A DNA stretch of 64,000 nt from NCBI GenBank assembly GCA_014905635.1, contig JABVCE010000004.1, positions 62,001-126,000 on the forward strand. Reading direction: 5' to 3'. This document shows positions 62,323 to 64,000 of the stretch, in pieces. The notes beneath the pieces were generated by a model. The model had not been told where the DNA came from, did not search any database, and worked only from the letters and a program-made list of their open reading frames with translations. Numbering within the stretch: position 1 is the first letter of the stretch; each line of letters opens with the position of its first letter. The translations under genes and the position numbers were made by a program. The stretch is from Scenedesmus sp. PABB004. Its lineage: Eukaryota.

Positions 62323-62801
62323 GCGCGACGCGCGGCGCGCAGCCTGCGCCTCACACCTGGCGACATCTGCTCCGGGCTCGTCGCGTACGGGGCGGTGGCG
62401 CTGCAGCGAGCTGGCCAGGAGCTGATGACGCGTACGGCGGACCTGCGCGGCGGGCTGTGGCCCGGTGGCGCAGCTCGGCGGCGCACGGCGGCCGGCTGGC
62501 AGCGCCGGCGTGCGTGGGTTCCAGCGCCGGTTCCAGTTGGCAGCGCTGCCCCCCGCGCGAGCCGCCGGCAGCTGTGAAGCATGACGCGGGTCCCTCTCAA
62601 CGCTGTCAGGCGGTGCAGCGAGCGCCGCCGAGCAGCGAGCGGCGGCGCGTCGAACGCTTGCCGGCGCGGCGCAGCAAAATCTCGGGCTCAGCACGTCGAA
62701 CGAGCAGACAAGCACCACAGGCACCACCCAACACAGTCATCCTTCCACGCCGCCAGGGCTTGCGGGCAACTCAGGGTCCACGCCGCGCACGGCTGGGGTC
62801 G

Positions 62802-64000
62802 TTACGCCGCCGCGGCAAACGCCGCACCGTCCTGCAGGTTGGCCGGCACGGCGCGGTCAAACTGCTTGGGGTACGGCAGGCCCAGTCCCTCCATGATGGC
62901 CACAAACTCAGCACGCGACTTGGTCAGGCGCGGGTTGTGCGCGCGCTCCTCGCCGATGCTGCTCGCGGTGCGACCCTTGTAGTCGTGCGCCGGGTACACC
63001 AGCGTGTCGGGCGGCAGCGAGAACAGGCGGCTGTGCAGTGAGTCATAAAGCAGCTCCGCGTCGCCTGCGCAGCGGTGACAGGGACCGGGCGGCGGGCGTG
63101 GCTCGGGGCGGCGCGCAGCACGCAGCGTGCGACGTGTGCTCGCCAGGGAGTTGCGGCGTGTGCTGGGCTCAGCAGCGCGCGGCGCGCACCCTGCTGGAAG
63201 TCTGTGCGGCCGCAGCCGCGGATGAGCAGCGCGTCGCCGGTGAAGACCAGGCCGGCGGCCTCGCCGCGGCGGGGCAGGTGGAAGGAGAGGCAGCCGCTCG
63301 TGTGGCCGGGCGTCGCGATCACCTCGAGGCGGTGCCCGCCAAAGCTGATGGCGTCGCCGTGCGCCAGCTTGATGTCCGCCGCAGCGCCGCTCGCGGCCGC
63401 GATGCTGCTGCGGACGCCGGGCACCAGCGCCTGCGGTGCGCGGCGGTGCGAGTGTGCGCGCAGTTTGCGGCACAGGGGCGGCGCCGCGCTCTTAGCGCGC
63501 CACGGCTGCGCGGCCCACACCTTGATCTTGCCGCTGCCGGTGACGTGGTCGGCGTGGCAGTGGGTGTTGATGGCCTGAACCAGCTTCAGCCCCAGCTCGT
63601 CAACGACCTGCAGGTCGCGCTCCACCTGCGCGCGGCCGCGGCGCCGCAGCGCGCGGCGTCGCCCACGCACGCCAGGGCGCGCGAAGGGCCGCCGTGGCCG
63701 GCGCCGGGCGCCGCGCAGGGCGCGCCTGCTCCAGCACGGGGTCGATGAGCACCGCCTCCTTGGTGTCACCGTCGGCGAGCAGGTAGGTGTACGTGCTGCT
63801 CGCGGCGTCAAAGAGCTGCCGGAACACCAGCGGGCCCGGCGACTGCGCCGGCGCTGCGCGCGGAGGCGCAGGGCGCGGTTGCGGCAACGGCGCACACCCG
63901 GTCAGAGCTGCTGCCGCTCCCGGAGCAGCCCGGGGGGACCGGCGGGCGCGCGGCCAGCGCCGAGCGCGCGCGCGCCAAGCCGCGCCCTCGCGCCTGCGGG
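62802..64000 (-). CDS. ETHE1: Persulfide dioxygenase ETHE1, copy B (5' part lies beyond the window)
   Basis: Same motifs as copy A (with SSTYTY); ends [16 protein letters not shown]. Confidence 0.88.

Overview
This is gene-dense eukaryotic nuclear DNA with very high GC (about 80% by eye) and many short (mostly 100-200 nt) spliceosomal introns. TGTAA poly(A) signals, GTGCG/GTGAG donors and CTGAC/CTCAC branch-like motifs point to a chlorophyte green alga, probably Sphaeropleales-like (inference). Most ORFs in the six-frame track are GC-rich noise, so I rebuilt about 29 gene models by hand. They include a B3 transcription factor, VID27, SEC61-gamma, RPL10, DUF506, a Topors-like RING E3, a BcsA-type cellulose-synthase-like GT2, NDUFAF7, a BORCS5-like protein, two class-3 lipases, SRP19, a GH88 hydrolase, an MHS-family MFS transporter, an HpcH/HpaI aldolase, an AKR and two ETHE1 copies. 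The main observations are: (1) about 25 of about 106 inferred introns start with GC, nearly all after an exonic AG, where the +2 base is close to 50:50 T/C. (2) GH88, MFS, aldolase and AKR sit together as two divergent pairs that could form a uronate-scavenging cluster (hypothesis). (3) Twin secreted pre-pro-peptides share leader exons but have different last exons. (4) Tandem membrane-protein genes are near-identical apart from one hypervariable TM block. (5) One ETHE1 copy lacks the conserved C-terminal Cys. Three 1-nt homopolymer frameshifts look like assembly errors. All models are manual and have no transcript support.
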